From the NCBI GenBank assembly GCA_002269645.1, contig NIVC01000695.1:124001-188000 (forward strand): DNA of 64,000 bases, read 5' to 3'. Numbering within the stretch: the first letter of the stretch is position 1; each line of letters starts with the position of its first letter. Positions 59,671-64,000 of this stretch are shown here, piece by piece. The stretch is from Macrostomum lignano (taxonomy: Eukaryota). Below the pieces are notes generated by a model. That model did no database searches and was not told the origin of the DNA. It was given only the letters and a program-made list of their open reading frames with translations. The position numbers and the translations under genes were made by a program.

Positions 59671-62600
59671 TGTGACCTTGTTTACGGGTCTGCGTAATTT
59701 GTTTTTGTTGGATGTTGAATGCTGGAATCTGAAGCTGGGATACATGTGCTGTGAAGTTGGGATGCTTGTTAGCTGATGGGATCTAGGAATCTAGGATCTA
59801 GTGTTTGAAATTTTAAATTCAAGGTCATCTGGATAACTCGGAATATTAATATGGTTGACAATTAAGCATCATATCTCCGCTTTTCACAATAATAAATCCA
59901 CAATGGATATATTTAAATCTTTGTTGAGCTCATGCATATTCAAATATGATTATAATTTCATACTACAAAGCTATGTCCGCTATGCTCAGCTGGCGCCCCT
60001 GTGCTGGCGCTCCTGGTGCTGGCGCCCCCAGACACGCCCCCCCCCCAAAAAAAATCCTGGCTAAAAGCCTTAGTCTAAGTTGGTCCCGAGGCCGTAATAA
60101 AGTAAGCAGTCAGTAGTCTGTAAAGGGTCAGTGGGGTGCAGATTTTTTATGTGGCTGCCTTGCCTGGCCCGCTTCTACCCTAAACTGCATATTCTTTCCT
60201 AATTCTTAAAGTAAAGTCATGCCATACTTAAGGACAACCCCCCACTCCCCCACTCCGCGGCGTCTTTGATGTGCAAAATAGGTCCGGGCCGGAACAACAG
60301 ACTCGAGACTCCGTCCCGAGTTTCAACTTTTATAATAGACACATACACAACATGCGTGCATACATATATAATGCTAAGACGAAGTAGAGTGTTGAGGGAG
60401 GGTTTGGAGCGCGTGGGGTGGCGGCGTGCCCGCGGCGGCGGAGGGAGTGTGCGGCCTGATTTACAATCTCACTTCGGTTACTAACCCTTACCCCTTACCT
60501 TCCTTTTAGTTTTTTCTCGTACCAAATTTATTTCTGTTTTCTCTATCCGCGTATTTTGGTATCGGTGTGTGGGCCAGTGTAGCGTGTGCTGTGTGTAGAT
60601 GCATAAGTTGCATTTACAAAATTTAATGTATTCCTAAATATGGCTTTTTGGTTTTTCCTTCTCTTGACTCTAGTCTTGGCTGGCACTGCCCTGAGGATCC
60701 AGGGGGGGGGGTCAAGGGGGTCGGCTGACCTCCCTGGGAAAAATCCTGGATTCGCCACTGCCCGGCTGCCCCCTGTAAAATGATGCAAGATACGGTAACA
60801 ATGCTTAACTGCCGTCTATCCGGGCTCTGCTTCCTGGATCCCGGAATGCCCGGTAAATGTGAAGTAGTTGATTCTATCTTATATTCTATCTAAACTTCTT
60901 TTCTATCTTGCAGGCTGTCTAAAGCGGATGTGCTTTTTAAATAGTCCTCTTCTTTCTAGTGTGTGTGTGTGTGCTTAATTAGAGGTGTTGCTTAATTGTG
61001 AGCAAAGCTTTATTTTTTGTCGTTTTCTATTCTTTAAAAAATGAGATTAATTTTGAGTTTAAAGCTTTCAGATTCAATTCCACAACAAAGACCCAAAGAA
61101 AGCATTTTGGACGACAAAAACATTGATTTTCTTTGTGGATTCCCTGTCAATAGTAATACTTATTTACCTACAGTGCAAAGGCAAACTGCATTCTCCCTAT
61201 AAACTCCTTCCTACGCCGCCTATTGGCTTGCGAAAGCGAAACTAAAGTAAAAAAGGCCCAACCTACGCGGTACGCGGTACGCGGTTATTACAGATGGGTG
61301 TAATAAAACCAGCTCCCTCTCTGAGCTGAGTTCAGTTTGTGACTGAGGCTCGTTTTCTCTCTAACCCGCCCCGCCTCGCTTCTCTCTAACTGGACAGCGC
61401 GCGGGGACAGGGGCGCACGTTGTTTGTGCCTTATTTGTGGAATTGCATGGTGGTGGGTGGCGGGCGGCCTTTTCGCTTTGCCTTTAAGACCTTGGATGGC
61501 CGGGGCCTGAAACGCATTGGATTGGATTGGTTATAATATGTTTGCGACTTTGTGCGCCGCCTGGGTGCGTCTGCGAGGGCAGAGGCAGTGAGTGAGAGGG
61601 GGGCTATAGACTGTGGGGGCAATAAAAATCTTGGTGGTGGGTTGAAAAGGGGAAGGAGGCTCTCGTAGACGGGCCTCTTTCTGCAAAACGGGGGTGGCGG
61701 ACCGGTGGGGGTTGCGGGGTGAAGGTCTCAGTTTTTAGCCTCTTTATTGGAACGAAAGGGTGGCGCCACTTCCCCCACCCCAACCCGCCGCCCCCTCCAA
61801 GCCAAACCGGCGCAACACAACATTAAGCCACCCCAAACAGCACAAAAACCCACACACGCGGCCGCTAATATAAGTAAAGCCGAAAATTTCGGCCTGGAAG
61901 TGAGACACAAGCCCAATCTTCTCTCTCCCCTCACTTGCAGTTTTTGTCTTCCTATCTCTCTCCGTCTGTCCCACAGTCCCACGGACCAGGTTTGACTTTA
62001 TAAACAGCTCTTTCCGGATCCAAACCTCCTGTGTCCTTCCTATCCTCCTCCAGCAAGCAAGTTAACTGGGCCCTGGGGCTTTCCTTATACTCGTAACGCA
62101 AAATAGGAAGAGTGCCGAAAATTGAAAAAAACGCGACGCAACCTATTTAATTGGCTGAATAGAAGACATTGTGTTTGAAATTTTTGCGCATTTGGCTCAA
62201 TTTCTGCTGCTAAGGCTTCGACTCCGGAGTCCGGACGATATTTATTTCGAAGTCGAAATATGCCGGTAAGAATTGGCTATTTTATAATTTTCCTGTTTTG
62301 TCAATAACACGGAGTCCAGTCCAGGCGGTCCAGTCAGCCGTTAGCCGACCAAACCCACTTGTCGTTGTCTTCTAAGTCTTAAAAAGGTTATCTAGCTTAA
62401 TTTGTTTTAATTCTTTAATCCAGTAAAAGTAAAAGAATAATCAAAACTACGCAGTGTGATTTCGATTAGGCTATTTCGTATTTAGCAATATTTCCTTTCA
62501 TTTCGCTTCTTAGCGTTCTCGAATCTCGTGCGCAAATTCCACTTTCTTCATCCTGCCGCTATAGTCGATATTTTTAGTATACGAGTATCAGTAATAATAA

Positions 62601-63894
62601 AGCATCCCATGAATGAATGGCCAAACGTTAATCGAAAGCAATCGAGTGTCCTGTACATGTGAGCTATTGGTGATCTTGGTCAGAACCAAGCCATTATGAG
62701 CTGATCCGACACTTAATAAATTAGTGTTGATTTTGGCTTGGCGTTGGTTTTGGTTAACTTTAAAGCGTTAATCGTCAAAAGCTCGTATCTACAGGTATAC
62801 CCGTTGTGTTAATCGCCGATCAGATGAACCATCAATTATTCGTAATTCTGTTTCAGAAAAGACAAAAGTTTCAGTTCAGATGACAGTTAAAATAAAATGC
62901 TGTTTTGAACTTTGTTTGGTTGACCTCTGTGCTACTAGCCCATAGTTTTTTGCCTCCAACCCCGTGTTTCTCTTTTAATAATTTGACTAAGACTTCTGAA
63001 CGAAGAGCTTGTTAAAATTGAAGATTCAAAGACAAACGAAATTGATTTTCAGTCTGTTTTGCAGCAGAGGGCAAAAAGTCTTAATTTGCGAGACGGTCGT
63101 GTTGGTGGCACCGCCTACTAAAACAAAAAGCGCAACAGTGAATTATATTTATAGTTATTAATTATTCATTTAAAACAAATGGTCTGCGCTATGAATCAGC
63201 CTCAGAAGTAGCTCATATATGTACCTTTAATTTCATTAATTTTGTTATAACCGCATTTCTCAGAGACTTCTTAAATCGCGTTTATCTGTAGATTTTTTAT
63301 TCAATTCAAATAAAAAAGCCGCAACTGCTATTAGAATTTTAGTTGTCTTATCGCTATCAAACTGGTACACCGTCATTCAAATACCATTGTCTACAATCAC
63401 TTTATTTCAAATATACCTAAATAAATTGATTTAAAAAAACTGTCTGCTTGACTTCGTCTGTTTAATTACTTTTTAATTGATTTAATAACAACAAAATTAT
63501 TTGCAGTATATATCAAATTTTAATTGATTTCGATTTCAACCAAAAAAGGCATTAAAATTGGCTCGCAAATTTTTAGCTTGATTTAAAAAAAATTGCCGAT
63601 CGAAAGTAACTTTGTTTTGTAGAATGTGTACATAGAGCTACGCTTCCTTGTAACACTGCAGGGTCAATGCTAGGTGCTAGCCGACTAATTAATTAATACG
63701 AGCGTACTTCAGCCTCTGATACTTCAGCAGCCTCAGCCATTCGCCTCTTCTTAATTACATTCACCTTTCCATGTACCTCTTCAACCCTTCGATATTACCT
63801 CCTTATTCTCACTCTAATCTATTCTACTTTTGCATAGTAATATCCCAACCCACTCAATCAGCTCCCTTACTTCCCATTTTCCGTTTCCCACTCT

Positions 63895-64000
63895 ATCACT
63901 ATTTCCGCTCCCCATCTCTGCCGCTCTCTTTTTCCGCTCCCAGTCTCTTTCCGCTCCCTCACTCTCTTTTTCCGCTCCCTCACTCTCTTTTTCCGCTCCC
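63895..64000. repeat. Start of a pyrimidine-rich tandem repeat (TTTTCCGCTCCCTCACTCTC)
   Basis: 4-5 units running off the window end. Confidence 0.75.

Noticed and set aside
59985-60770. Short GC-rich fragments resembling hAT MITE ends (AAATCCTGGCTA at ~60055; TGGATTCGCCACTG ending at 60760)
   Set aside because: Only one convincing terminus each and no TSD found; too weak to annotate.
62260-62271. ATGCCG|GTAAGA as the first exon of another gene after a GC/CCAAT-rich region (~61200-62250)
   Set aside because: Good donor, but the only nearby acceptor tried (63065) gives a ~20-codon ORF with no recognisable product; needs sequence beyond the window or RNA data.

Overview
Animal genomic DNA with GC-rich exons, GT-AG introns and minisatellite-packed introns. 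The style suggests a free-living flatworm such as Macrostomum, which is an inference only. Four spliced genes were reconstructed by hand. On the minus strand: the first coding exon of urocanate hydratase (UROC1, 959-1645) and nine exons of a KIF21-type kinesin-4 (20026 to about 2291), whose coding sequence stops in this window at about residue 640. On the plus strand: a complete ARNT/tango bHLH-PAS gene (5 exons, 29492-34174, 613 aa) and a complete but unusually divergent eRF1 gene (4 exons, 36501-54040, 469 aa). The eRF1 carries substitutions in its stop-codon-decoding domain, including the Euplotes-type S70A. Two giant introns resolve into precisely bounded mobile-element architecture. KIF21 intron 7 is a nested stack: telomere-like satellite > tRNA-SINE > head-to-tail Helitron-like pair > hAT element > second Helitron family. 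eRF1 intron 1 holds a 14.4-kb A-B-A-B-A head-to-tail array of non-autonomous Helitron-like units inserted at an A^T site. Most long ORFs in the supplied track are minisatellite artefacts. No rRNA, intact tRNA, CRISPR or transposase/Rep-Hel ORF was seen. All protein comparisons are from memory, not from database searches.
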